DNA from: Octopus bimaculoides
Lineage: Eukaryota
DNA: 64,000 nucleotides
Assembly: GCF_001194135.2 (NCBI RefSeq)
Contig: NC_068990.1
Span: 69,305,157 to 69,369,156, forward strand
Direction of reading: 5' to 3'
The translations under genes were made by a program, and so were the position numbers. The notes under the pieces were generated by a model, which saw only the letters and a program-made list of their open reading frames with translations, had not been told where the DNA came from and did no database searches. Shown here piece by piece: positions 11,820 to 23,954 of the stretch (within the stretch, counting starts at the first letter, position 1; each line of letters starts with the position of its first letter).

Positions 11820-12215
11820 ATAGGCGTGGCTATGTGGTAAGAATCTTGCTTCCAAATCACATGGTTCCGGGTTCAGTCCCACTGCGTGACACTTTGAGCA
11901 AATGTCTTCTATTATAGCTTCGGGTCAGCTACAGCTTTATGAATGGATATGGCAGACGGAAACTGAAAGAAGCCCATCGTATATGTATTTGTGTGTGTGT
12001 GTGTTTGTGTCTGCACTTGTTCCAGCACCATCGCTTGACAACCGATATTCGTGTGTTCACGTCTTCGTAACTTAACGGTTCGGCAAAAAAAAAACGGTGG
12101 AAGAAGTACTAGATTTATAAAGAATACATTTTGGGTTTTATTTCTTTGACTAAAACCCTTTAAAGTGGTGCTTCAGTATGGCCGCAGTTAAATTATTGAA
12201 ACAATAGAATAACAG
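11820..12215 (+). mobile_element. SINE family B, full length
   Basis: ggcgtggctatgtggtaagaatcttgcttccaaatcacatggttccgggttcagtccc through to the gaaacaatagaata tail. Confidence 0.85.
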
Positions 12216-12603
12216 AATGTGTGTGTACCGTTTTACAAAATCAAACTAAAAAACTGGACAAAACAGAGAAAACAATTGAAAAAATTAAAAAGAAAAAAAA
12301 AGAGAAAGAAAAAGAGAACAAAGGAAAAAAAATCAAAACAATTCACCNNNNNNNNNNNNNNNNNNNNNNNNNNNNNNNNNNNNNNNNNNNNNNNNNNNNN
12401 NNNNNNNNNNNNNNNNNNNNNNNNNNNNNNNNNNNNNNNNNNNNNNNNNNNNNNNNNNNNNNNNNNNNNNNNNNNNNNNNNNNNNNNNNNNNNNNNNNNN
12501 NNNNNNNNNNNNNNNNNNNNNNNNNNNNNNNNNNNNNNNNNNNNNNNNNNNNNNNNNNNNNNNNNNNNNNNNNNNNNNNNNNNNNNNNNNNNNNNNNNNN
12601 NNN

Positions 12604-13535
12604 AAAGAAATCTCGCAGTTAGTGGTCCGACCCCACCAAACGTCTCGAGCGCCACAGGATGGAAAATGTAGTTGGCCGACAGATCGCGGTATTTCAGGAT
12701 TTTGTTCCACTTGACCGCAGAAGCTGTGGATCTCGCCCTGACCGCAGCATCCAGGATGTGAGAAGAAGTAAAGAAGTCGCTAACTGTGACATCCCAAACA
12801 AGGCATCTGCTTTGCGACCAGGGCACAGGGTGAGGCCGTCAGGTCTCTTCCCATCACATCTGGACAATCCAGATGGTTCCAAGATGGAGGGGATGTTTGC
12901 CCGGGCCAAGCTCCTCTTGCGTATCAGGTTCAACTCCATATGACGCATGAAGCGACCAGCATTCAGGCAGCAAGAAAGGCCATGGAGGCCTGTGGAATCG
13001 AGGAGCCTGCCACAACGAAAGATCAAACCTGTGCATACGTCAGCTCCCAGTCTGAGGGCAATGGAGACACGAAGTTCGTCCAAGCTGTGTAGAACACCAA
13101 CATTAGCCACAGGGATGGCATCAATCCAGTCACCTGAGTATTAGGCACTAGCAGACAGTAAGCGGCGCCTTGAAAACTGGTCCGACTGGATGAAGAGGGA
13201 GTCGAAGGTGGCCTTCGAAATTATGTTGTCCCAAGCTCTCTGACTCCGACAGTCCTCCACCTTCTCAGGAGCAGACAAGCCCAATTCCCTCCAGTGTTGG
13301 AGAGCTTCATCCAACTCCCTGTTGGAACTGGTCCGTGTTGGAGAAGAGAGGATGCTGCTCACCAGGTTGGAGCAGGCGTGGGTGGAGGGAGGGAAGCAGG
13401 GGAGAGAGAGGGACGTACACTTACGAAGACCAAGACCTCCAAATCGCTTGGGCAATGCAGCTTGATCGCGGGACGTTGGAGAGAGACCGACATTGACTAA
13501 GCATTCGAGTCTCTCAATGAATTAGGTTGTCGAAG
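12604..13535 (-). mobile_element. CRE-clade non-LTR retrotransposon, 5'-truncated C-terminal region
   Basis: Minus frames: LPKRFGGLGLR...QRAWD...SGDWIDAIP...ELRVSIALRLG..C..IFRCGRLLDSTGLHGLSC (CCHC)...RHMELN...EPSGLSRCDGKRPDGLTLCPW...LVWDVTV...KILKYRDL..YIFHPVALETFGG. One stop and a few frameshifts; 3' end lies in a gap. Confidence 0.9.
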
Positions 13536-14339
13536 CGTTGGGGTCACGATGGGAATCTGAGCAAATATAGAAGATTAGGGATCGAGACGTAATTCCTAAG
13601 TATGAAAAAAACTTGATGTGGTTCGATAGCTTCAATATTTATCATTTCTTTTTTTCTCTTTTTTCTTTCACTCTTTTTTTTCTTTTTTTAATAATTTTTT
13701 TTCAATTGTGTTCTGTTTTNNNNNNNNNNNNNNNNNNNNNNNNNNNNNNNNNNNNNNNNNNNNNNNNNNNNNNNNNNNNNNNNNNNNNNNNNNNNNNNNN
13801 NNNNNNNNNNNNNNNNNNNNNNNNNNNNNNNNNNNNNNNNNNNNNNNNNNNNNNNNNNNNNNNNNNNNNNNNNNNNNNNNNNNNNNNNNNNNNNNNNNNN
13901 NNNNNNNNNNNNNNNNNNNNNNNNNNNNNNNNNNNNNNNNNNNNNNNNNNNNNNNNNNNNNNNNNNNNNNNNNNNNNNNNNNNNNNNNNNNNNNNNNNNN
14001 NNNNNNNNNNNNNNNNNNNNNNNNNNNNNNNNNNNNNNNNNNNNNNNNNNNNNNNNNNNNNNNNNNNNNNNNNNNNNNNNNNNNNNNNNNNNNNNNNNNN
14101 NNNNNNNNNNNNNNNNNNNNNNNNNNNNNNNNNNNNNNNNNNNNNNNNNNNNNNNNNNNNNNNNNNNNNNNNNNNNNNNNNNNNNNNNNNNNNNNNNNNN
14201 NNNNNNNNNNNNNNNNNNNNNNNNNNNNNNNNNNNNNNNNNNNNNNNNNNNNNNNNNNNNNNNNNNNNNNNNNNNNNNNNNNNNNNNNNNNNNNNNNNNN
14301 NNNNNNNNNNNNNNNNNNNNNNNNTAAGTGTTTTCGATC

Positions 14340-14435
14340 AATAAACAACACTCACAACGCCCGGTCTGGGAATGGAAACAGCGATCCTATGATCGCGAAT
14401 CCGATGCCCTAACCACTGGACCATTGCGCCTCCAC
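14340..14435 (-). mobile_element. tRNA-like head of a third SINE family
   Basis: Minus strand GGAGGCGCAATGGTCCAGTGGTTAGGGC...GTTTCCATTCCCAGACCGGGCGTTG with A- and B-box-like motifs; a decayed relative lies at ~61560-61720. Confidence 0.6.
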
Positions 14436-14996
14436 ACAGACACACACACACACACACATATATATACACATATTTATGTATATTTATACAGAGAGAGGAA
14501 GAGAGAGAGAGGGGGGGGAGAGAGCGGGAGAGAGAGAGGGAGAGAGACAGAGGGAGAGAGAGAGGGAGAGAGAGAGAGGGAGAGAGACAGCGGGAGAGAG
14601 AGAGAGAGGGAGAGAGAGAGTGATTAGATAGGTTGATAGATAGATATACAAAACAGACATACGCAAGTAGGCATAAGCACATGCACACATAAACACACAC
14701 GTGTATACATGCACACGCACTACCTGTAGCGTGACGCCTACCTTTCTCTCTAACGCCATATATACATTTACTTCTCATATTTTATATTTCACTGATAATA
14801 CGTCTCTTTTATTCTTCCTTCCTTCCTTCGTTTATTCTCTTCATTACCGCTTCGTTGTCCCGCTCTTTCCATTCCTCAACACATCGTCCCTTTTACTTTT
14901 CAAATTTTCATCGCTCTTATATTTCTACGCAACACCCTCTCTTTCTCCCTAAATTAATCTTCCCTTCTATATTTATTTATAAACCTTTTCTCTTTT

Positions 14997-15077
<81 letters not shown>

Positions 15078-17016
15078 ACGCTATCCCGTTGTCGTTTCTG
15101 TACTTCTTTTACGCTTACTCTTTCTCTCTGTCTTTCTTTCTTTACTTTTTAACCAATCAGAATCGACCGACTTCTCACAGTCCCACCAACCGACCGACCG
15201 ACCCGTCAAACAGATGTAATTAGCTTCAAATCGAAATGGACTTACAAAAAAAGTTGTTTTATTAGCGTCAACTCTCGATGGATGTAAAACTGCTTTTATT
15301 CTTCTTTTTAATTGGACTTAATGAAATATCACAAGGTCCCAGCCATTGCATGGCCACAGGTAAGACACCTAAGATAACTCACATTGCTAACCTAGACGTG
15401 TAAAATATGTATATAGATAAAGCAGATAATTGATGTAGTAGTTTGGCAACGATATAGGTAGATATATATAAGTGGGTATAACTTTGATAAGTTTCGGCCA
15501 GTATAGGCCCAGGTCATGTCTAACTCAATAACACCACCTGGTATATATATACCTGTGCGTGTGTGTGTGTGTGTGTGTGTCTGAAGATTGGTTGATTATA
15601 TGTGTGTGTATGTATGTATGTATATATATATATATATATATATATAAGATTGGTTGATTATATGTGTGTGTATGTATGTATGTATATATATATANNNNNN
15701 NNNNNNNNNNNNNNNNNNNNNNNNNNNNNNNNNNNNNNNNNNNNNNNNNNNNNNNNNNNNNNNNNNNNNNNNNNNNNNNNNNNNNNNNNNNNNNNNNNNN
15801 NNNNNNNNNNNNNNNNNNNNNNNNNNNNNNNNNNNNNNNNNNNNNNNNNNNNNNNNNNNNNNNNNNNNNNNNNNNNNNNNNNNNNNNNNNNNNNNNNNNN
15901 NNNNNNNNNNNNNNNNNNNNNNNNNNNNNNNNNNNNNNNNNNNNNNNNNNNNNNNNNNNNNNNNNNNNNNNNNNNNNNNNNNNNNNNNNNNNNNNNNNNN
16001 NNNNNNNNNNNNNNNNNNNNNNNNNNNNNNNNNNNNNNNNNNNNNNNNNNNNNNNNNNNNNNNNNNNNNNNNNNNNNNNNNNNNNNNNNNNNNNNNNNNN
16101 NNNNNNNNNNNNNNNNNNNNNNNNNNNNNNNNNNNNNNNNNNNNNNNNNNNNNNNNNNNNNNNNNNNNNNNNNNNNNNNNNNNNNNNNNNNNNNNNNNNN
16201 NNNNNNNNNNNNNNNNNNNNNNNNNNNNNNNNNNNNNNNNNNNNNNNNNNNNNNNNNNNNNNNNNNNNNNNNNNNNNNNNNNNNNNNNNNNNNNNNNNNN
16301 NNNNNNNNNNNNNNNNNNNNNNNNNNNNNNNNNNNNNNNNNNNNNNNNNNNNNNNNNNNNNNNNNNNNNNNNNNNNNNNNNNNNNNNNNNNNNNNNNNNN
16401 NNNNNNNNNNNNNNNNNNNNNNNNNNNNNNNNNNNNNNNNNNNNNNNNNNNNNNNNNNNNNNNNNNNNNNNNNNNNNNNNNNNNNNNNNNNNNNNNNNNN
16501 NNNNNNTCGCTCGTTTTCTCTAACACAATCACAATTTTGCGAATGTCGCAAATGCCTCACTCATTCAATTAATTTTCCCCTTGAACTAAACACATTAGAT
16601 CATTGAAATAATTTTTATTTTTTAATATTTTTATCGTTTGACCACCTTCAAAACATTCTCACTTTTACAGGAAACACTCGTTAGATTAATGAGAAAACAA
16701 AAGAAATATTGTAACCTGTTTCTTTTCCCTTTTCCTGAATATTATTATTATTATTATTAGTGTTGTTACTATTGCTTCCCCCACCCACCGAGCGAGGAAA
16801 AGACAAGAGTTGATGTCGGTGGGATTTTAACTTAATATTCTGGGTTCAAATCCCTCCGTGGTCAGCTTTGCATTTCATTGTCGTGCGGGATCGATAAAAT
16901 AAAGTATTAGTCAGGTACTAGAGTAGATGTAACCTATTTGGGTCCTGTCCCCTTAGATTTAGTATTGTCCATAATGTTTTTCTTAATGTAAACTCTTTGC
17001 GGTTAATAAAGTTCGA

Positions 17017-17190
17017 GACTGGTACTTAATTTATCGATGCCGAAAGGATGAAAGGCAGAACATTCTGCCGAGGTCGACTTAGCCTTTCATCCTACGAAGT
17101 CGATAAATTAAGTATCAGTCAAGTTCTGATGTCGATCTAATCGACTGGTCCCCACCCCCTAAATTTCAGGCCTTGTGCCTATAGTAGAAA
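17017..17190 (+). mobile_element. SINE family A fragment with an inverted 5' segment
   Basis: 17017-17056 is the reverse complement of 17082-17120. Confidence 0.75.
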
Positions 17191-18289
17191 GGATTATTAT
17201 TATTATCATTATCATTATCATCAATAATACTAACTTTTTTGTTTTTGTACGTACCTGTTGTGTGCCTCACACTTACTTCTAAGTGGCTAAGAGAGAGAGA
17301 GGAGGACAGAGAGGAAGTAAGAGAGAGAGAGTGAGAAAAAAAGAGAGAGTGAGAGAGACAGTGATTGGTGACGGCGTTTGTTTTGTGTTTTTAAATGTTT
17401 ATCACATCGCAAGAGAAGTAGATACATAAATACATATACACATTGTTAAATCAAAAGCGGGAGAGAAGAGTGACACAAAGGAAGTGAAAGAAAAAGAGAG
17501 AAAGTGAGAGAGACAGCAGATACATAAATATAACGAAAACTTCATACATAGATACATACACACAGCAAATATTGGATGTCATTTTCACTTTTCATTACCA
17601 CACGAGGATAAAATTAACTCACAAATGGTTGAGTACTCCACAGACACGCATAACATTAACGTAGTTCTCAGGGAGATTTAGCTTCACACAGAATATGACA
17701 AGGCTGGCCCCTTTGAATTACAGCTACAACTGGAGACNNNNNNNNNNNNNNNNNNNNNNNNNNNNNNNNNNNNNNNNNNNNNNNNNNNNNNNNNNNNNNN
17801 NNNNNNNNNNNNNNNNNNNNNNNNNNNNNNNNNNNNNNNNNNNNNNNNNNNNNNNNNNNNNNNNNNNNNNNNNNNNNNNNNNNNNNNNNNNNNNNNNNNN
17901 NNNNNNNNNNNNNNNNNNNNNNNNNNNNNNNNNNNNNNNNNNNNNNNNNNNNNNNNNNNNNNNNNNNNNNNNNNNNNNATATATATATATATACGAATGG
18001 ATTTGTATGTGTGTATAGTTTAGGTTACTTAAAATATGTTTACAATAATTACTGTCGTGTGGTGGAAATATACGCAATTACCAAACTTTCATTCATTAAT
18101 CCATTTATTATTTTGTTCTTTTGCATTTCAATTTGTACAATAAGGTCCTTTGAATATGTACGATGTATTTTAAGGTTAAATAGTAATTCCGTTTACGTTT
18201 GTGTAACTGAGATATTTTGATTGGATTACGTAGTCATTGGTGTTACATATCTTTCTAGATTCTGAAACTGTCACAATATACTTTTCTAG

Positions 18290-18430
18290 GTGTGAATTTT
18301 TTTGTGGGGAGGGAGCCAGTTGATTAGATCGACCCCAGTACACAACTGATACTTAATTTATTGACCCCGAAAGGATGAAAGGCAAAGTCGATCTCGGCAG
18401 AATTTGAACTCAGAACGTAAAGACAGACAG
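18290..18430 (-). mobile_element. SINE family A fragment
   Basis: gatcgaccccagtacacaactgatacttaatttattgaccccgaaaggatgaaaggcaaagtcgatctcggcagaatttgaactcag. Confidence 0.8.
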
Positions 18431-18511
18431 TCATAATATACAAACATTTCTCATGGCACCAGTACACTGTTTACACTTTTTACGTTTCCCGTGAATTTTT
18501 CACGGGTCCAG

Positions 18512-18567
<56 letters not shown>

Positions 18568-18754
18568 TTCTTTCATGCATACAAACAAACAAACAATCGT
18601 TAAATAACAACAAAGAAACCACTTATAACATGTTAAAATACAATTGTTCTCTGTCGATTTTGCTTGTAACTATAAATAATGTTATTACGTTTCCTTTTAA
18701 TTGTTCATCTTTCTTTCTTTCCTTTCTCCCCTTCTAATACCATCACCACCATTA

Positions 18755-18785
<31 letters not shown>

Positions 18786-19244
18786 AACTGTTGCTGTTGT
18801 TGATGTGCCTACCCTTGTTATTTTATTTCACAAAACTTTTACCTGTTAGTAATTACACACGCCAGTCTAGTTAGCTGTCAGGTTCTGCGCAAGTCTCTGT
18901 GTGCTGTGTGTGTCGGGTGGGGGGGGCACTTTTGACTGAATGTATCAATTGTAGGTAAGGTAAATAGAAAGAGCGGTTCACGAGGAGGGCATCACACACA
19001 CACATCCATACATATTGTTATATTATATTCTATTATATATATAAGTGCCTGTGTGTGTATGTATATATATATATATATTATATATTATTCTGTTGTGTCT
19101 GGGGAGGCATATATAAATAAATATTATACTGTATATTATATATTGTATATTATATATAAAATATATTGTATATGATATATATTTATATATATTGTATAAT
19201 ATAATATATATTTTTTTGTGTATATTATATACATATATATATAT

Positions 19245-19464
19245 TATTCTTATATTCTTTTACTTGTTTCAGTCATTTGACTAGGCCATGCTGGAGCACT
19301 TTTTAGTCGGGCAAATCGACGCCAAGACTTATTCTTTGTAAACCTTGCACTTATTCTGTCGGTCTCTTTTTGCCGAACCGCTAAGTTACAGGGACGTAAA
19401 CACACCAGCATCGGTTTTCCAGCAATGTTGGGTGAGGGGGACAAACACACACACACACACACAC

Positions 19465-19470
<6 letters not shown>
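19245..19470 (-). mobile_element. SINE family B, 3' half (the 5' part is probably in the gap; another head is at 21290-21440)
   Basis: Matches 10153-10563. Confidence 0.8.
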
Positions 19471-19495
<25 letters not shown>

Positions 19496-19926
19496 NNNNN
19501 NNNNNNNNNNNNNNNNNNNNNNNNNNNNNNNNNNNNNNNNNNNNNNNNNNNNNNNNNNNNNNNNNNNNNNNNNNNNNNNNNNNNNNNNNNNNNNNNNNNN
19601 NNNNNNNNNNNNNNNNNNNNNNNNNNNNNNNNNNNNNNNNNNNNNNNNNNNNNNNNNNNNNNNNNNNNNNNNNNNNNNNNNNNNNNNNNNNNNNNNNNNN
19701 NNNNNNNNNNNNNNNNNNNNNNNNNNNNNNNNNNNNNNNNNNNNNNNNNNNNNNNNNNNNNNNNNNNNNNNNNNNNNNNNNNNNNNNNNNNNNNNNNNNN
19801 NNNNNNNNNNNNNNNNNNNNNNNNNNNNNNNNNNNNNNNNNNNNNNNNNNNNNNNNNNNNNNNNNNNNNNNNNNNNNNNNNNNNNNNNNNNNNNNNNNNN
19901 NNNNNNNNNNNNNNNNNNNNNNNNNN

Positions 19927-19968
<42 letters not shown>

Positions 19969-21951
19969 AAGCATGTATTTAGTTTATATGTCTGGTTGGT
20001 TGGCTGGCTGGCTGGTTGGCTGGTTAGTTAGTTGGTTGCCTGGATGGCTGGTTGTTTACTTATTTATTTTGTCTACAGATATGTAACCTTGCTTGAAAAG
20101 AACAGTCGTGTGGGTGTGGGCGCATTATAGTATCGAGAGAAGGGGTCGGGCGAAACGTTGGCAAGACGTCCTGATGCGGTTTGTTTTTCAGCTCGTGTCG
20201 ATGTTGAGCTCTCTCTGTCTGTTTCTCTCTCTCGCTCTCTCTGTACGTTGAGAGAGAGAGAGAGAGAGAGAGTAAGTTTAATAGCTTTCTCCCTACAGGT
20301 AAGAAGATTGGCAACGAAAGGTAACCGACTACATACAATTCGACCCAAATAGAATTCACTTCCCTACCTACCTACCCGCATTATCGTCATTCACGTATAA
20401 ATACAGCAAGTGTCATGATTGTGTGTGCCCAACAGTTGTGTTCGCGCCTGCGTGTGTGTGTGTATAGATAGATAGATAGATACATACATACATACATACA
20501 TACATACATACATACATACGTATATATATTATACATATATATATATATATATATGCATATATATAGTATAAACTGCGTATATGCATCCGTATGGGTTATG
20601 TATGTGTGTGTGTGTGTATGTGTGCGCGTGTAAGTTATACATACACACATATGTATGTGTGTGTATATGTCTATGTATGTGTGTATATATATATATATAT
20701 ATANNNNNNNNNNNNNNNNNNNNNNNNNNNNNNNNNNNNNNNNNNNNNNNNNNNNNNNNNNNNNNNNNNNNNNNNNNNNNNNNNNNNNNNNNNNNNNNNN
20801 NNNNNNNNNNNNNNNNNNNNNNNNNNNNNNNNNNNNNNNNNNNNNNNNNNNNNNNNNNNNNNNNNNNNNNNNNNNNNNNNNNNNNNNNNNNNNNNNNNNN
20901 NNNNNNNNNNNNNNNNNNNNNNNNNNNNNNNNNNNNNNNNNNNNNNNNNNNNNNNNNNNNNNNNNNNNNNNNNNNNNNNNNNNNNNNNNNNNNNNNNNNN
21001 NNNNNNNNNNNNNNNNNNNNNNNNNNNNNNNNNNNNNNNNNNNNNNNNNNNNNNNNNNNNNNNNNNNNNNNNNNNNNNNNNNNNNNNNNNNNNNNNNNNN
21101 NNNNNNNNNNNNNNNNNNNNNNNNNNNNNNNNNNNNNNNNNNNNNNNNNNNNNNNNNNNNNNNNNNNNNNNNNNNNNNNNNNNNNNNNNNNNNNNNNNNN
21201 NNNNNNNNNNNNNNNNNNNNNNNNNNNNNNNNNNNNNNNNNNGTGTGTGTGTGTATGTGTGCGCGTGTAAGGTATACATACACATACATATATACGACGG
21301 GCTTCTTTCAGTTTCCGTCTACCAAATCCACTCAAGGCTTTGGTCGGCCCGAGGCTATTGTAGAAGACATTTGCCCAAGGTGCCACGCAGTGGAACTGAA
21401 CCCGGAACCATGTGGCTGGTAAGCAAGCTACTTACCACACATATGTATACAAAGTATGGAGGTTTAGTTCCTTATTCCTTTTCTCCTGTCCTCTCTATCG
21501 TCATTTCATTAATCTATACCCTTTTCATTTTCACTATTTGTCTCCGATAACGGAATATCCCATAGAGCTGTAATTTTTCCAATAATAACGCATATGACGT
21601 GAATTGTTTGTCTTGCCCTCATGTTTGTTGACCCCCTTAACAATTATGTGTGTGTGTGTGTGTCTGTGTGTGTGTATAGTCCATACGTATGTGCCTCTGT
21701 TTTGGTTATGTATATGTACGTAGATATCTTTGTATACATGCACACACATACATATCTACATACGTACACACACACTCACACACACACATATATATACAAC
21801 CAGACACACGGACATATATGTGCATGTGTATGTATATATGTATGTATATGTTTATATGTGTATATGTATGTATGTATGATTGTATGTATGTACAGATATG
21901 TATGTATATGGCAGCTGCGTGCGCGTGCATTTATTGCTCAAGGCAATCTAA

Positions 21952-22214
21952 GGATCTTTTTGGTTTGACGGGCAACACTTGTTTTCTTAACGAAACACTT
22001 TCAAACTTGGGATACTGGTAGAACGTGTCATATAAAACATCTTTTTCTCTTAGCCTTCTTAACAAAAATTAGTTCTTAATAAGTTATTTCATGTTAAAGT
22101 TGTCGTATTTGTGTAATTTCATATACAAGTATACGAAGTTTGAAAGTGTTTCGGTACCAAAAACACTACATAAAACATGAATGAAAAATGTTGCCCGTCA
22201 GACCAAAAAGATCC
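21952..22214. mobile_element. MITE with 26-bp GG-starting TIRs and 8-bp TSD (Merlin-like, possibly MULE)
   Basis: TIR GGATCTTTTTGGT(T/C)TGACGGGCAACA, 25/26 identical. Perfect TSD CAATCTAA at 21944-21951 and 22215-22222. Internal inverted pair gaaacactttcaaactt / aagtttgaaagtgtttc. Confidence 0.85.
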
Positions 22215-23003
22215 CAATCTAACGTTGTTACACCATAAAACATGTCTAAATGCAACAGATGAGTTTATGAGAGAGTCGGAAAGAAATGAGGCTCTCCGTC
22301 TTAGAACGAAGAATTGAAAGATATGTAGTGATATAGATAATCCCTGGAGGGTATAATACCTAACTTTGGGAGTGAAAGCTATGCCGAACTCTGAACTGGA
22401 AACTTCTGTGTAGGGCCAAAGTATGTATGTGTGTGTGTATATATATATACTCAAAGCAAATACATCACGAAAGGCAAATTAACTACGGTAATTGTCCAAT
22501 GGTAATACACGTTATGGATGTACTGTGTTTTAAAACACAGATATATCAGTAACTGGCGAAAACCTTCCAGCAGCAACAGTGAAAATGATTGTTGATGCAG
22601 ATTTTTGTCACGCTTGATTTTGTCAGTAGCATGTGCTTTCTATCAGCTACTCGCAAAATCTGTCATTGCTGATACAGGAAAACGGTAATAGAAAAATCGC
22701 TGGTGTTGCAAGTAGCTGCCCGGTTCATTAAAAGTCCGTTGTATGCCAGCTGAGGGCTTTCAGGACAAGTGTAGTTTACGGTAACTAACCTACCTGTTAA
22801 GCACATTAGCAGCATGTACCGGTACCTTCTGTGACTGGCCAGTTCATGTCAGTCAGACCAATTATAATAAACCTTAGAGTTACCGGTTACTTTTAAACAT
22901 TTACAGACAGGGTTTCTTGAAACTGGTTAATTTATCACTCTTTCATAAGCATCAGTACTCTTACTGGGTGAACATTAATTTCCAGCAACTGTAAAACCTT
23001 CTC

Positions 23004-23243
23004 ATGGCTCCAAGTGATAAACGAAGGAAATATGAAGATGGTGTTAAACTGAAAGCGGTAGCATACGCCAAATCCCACAACCGTGCTGCTGCGAGAGAAT
23101 ACGGTGTAACCGAGAAGATGGTAAAAGTTTGGAGATTAAAGGAAGACTTATTAAGGAGTATACCCAGGAGAAAATGTGCAACGAGAGGAGGTACTACAAC
23201 ACTGGCCGATTCTAGACAAGTATGTAACAGTCATGGTTTGTGA
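23004..23243 (+). pseudogene. pogo-family transposase N-terminal fragment (Brinker/POGK-like DNA-binding domain)
   Basis: MAPSDKRRKYEDGVKLKAVAYAKSHNRAAAREYGVTEKMVKVWRLKEDLL resembles the KRRSY..AFKL..V.YA...NRAAAR.FGV.EK.VR.WR pogo motif; truncated with no DDD domain. Confidence 0.75.
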
Positions 23244-23390
23244 GCAACGTCAAATGGATACTTTGTTTCAAGACCAATAAGTCTCGCGAAGCAAGACAGT
23301 TTCAAATTAAAACAATACTAGCAGTCTACTTTATAACATTTCTAATATATTACAATATGATACGGCACGAAATCGCACACACATACACAT

Positions 23391-23428
<38 letters not shown>

Positions 23429-23531
23429 TGATCTAATTATAAATCTCACAGAGAGACATAAGCAGCAGTGTTACGATAAAGCAGTTGTTTACTGTCAACT
23501 TAATGTGACAGACACATTAAGGGAATCATAC

Positions 23532-23761
23532 TGCTGCTATTTAGCCCTAGGAAGCTGGACCGCTTCCTGTTGGCCTTGACACATTTCCTGTGTCCTTATA
23601 TTTGTGAAGGGGAGACAAGCCTCCCCACCCAGCCTAGTCTGCATTCAGGGACATGTTTCTGAGTCATTGCTCGTCATCAGCCTGAAGTAGCCGACCAGCT
23701 GGCTGAAAACAATGTCTCAAGGCCAACAGGAAGCGGTCCAGCTTCCTAGAGTTAAATAGCA

Positions 23762-23764
<3 letters not shown>
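23532..23764 (-). mobile_element. 233-bp element with 54-bp terminal inverted repeats enclosing a hammerhead ribozyme
   Basis: 23532-23585 versus 23711-23764 are 51/54 reverse-complementary by manual count; hammerhead at 23644-23686. Confidence 0.8.
23644..23686 (-). ncRNA. Minimal type I hammerhead ribozyme with palindromic helix III loop
   Basis: Minus strand TTCAGG-CTGATGA-CGAG-CAATGA-CTCA-GAAA-CATG-TC-CCTGAA: perfect 6-bp helix I, intact core, palindromic CATG loop; one C:A mismatch at the core-proximal helix II pair. Confidence 0.8.
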
Positions 23765-23797
<33 letters not shown>

Positions 23798-23954
23798 ACT
23801 TTTCTGAGGGACATACCGAAAGAACGCCTATGAGGCATATTATACACACCGTAAGTAAATCTGTAAATATATTTCAAGTAAATGGTGTTACTATGGCATA
23901 CTTGACACCATGTTAGTTCCTGTAAAATAACCGACGTTTGAGTAACGTCACTAT

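Noticed and set aside
14340-14435. tRNA gene (likewise the heads of SINE families A and B)
   Set aside because: A- and B-box-like motifs are present, but there is no closed cloverleaf or acceptor stem and the sequence continues into SINE body.
23541-23755. piggyBac MITE reading of the hammerhead element (TTAG|CCCT...AGAG|TTAA)
   Set aside because: The inverted repeat continues about 10 bp beyond the supposed TTAA sites, so these are internal to the arms rather than a TSD.
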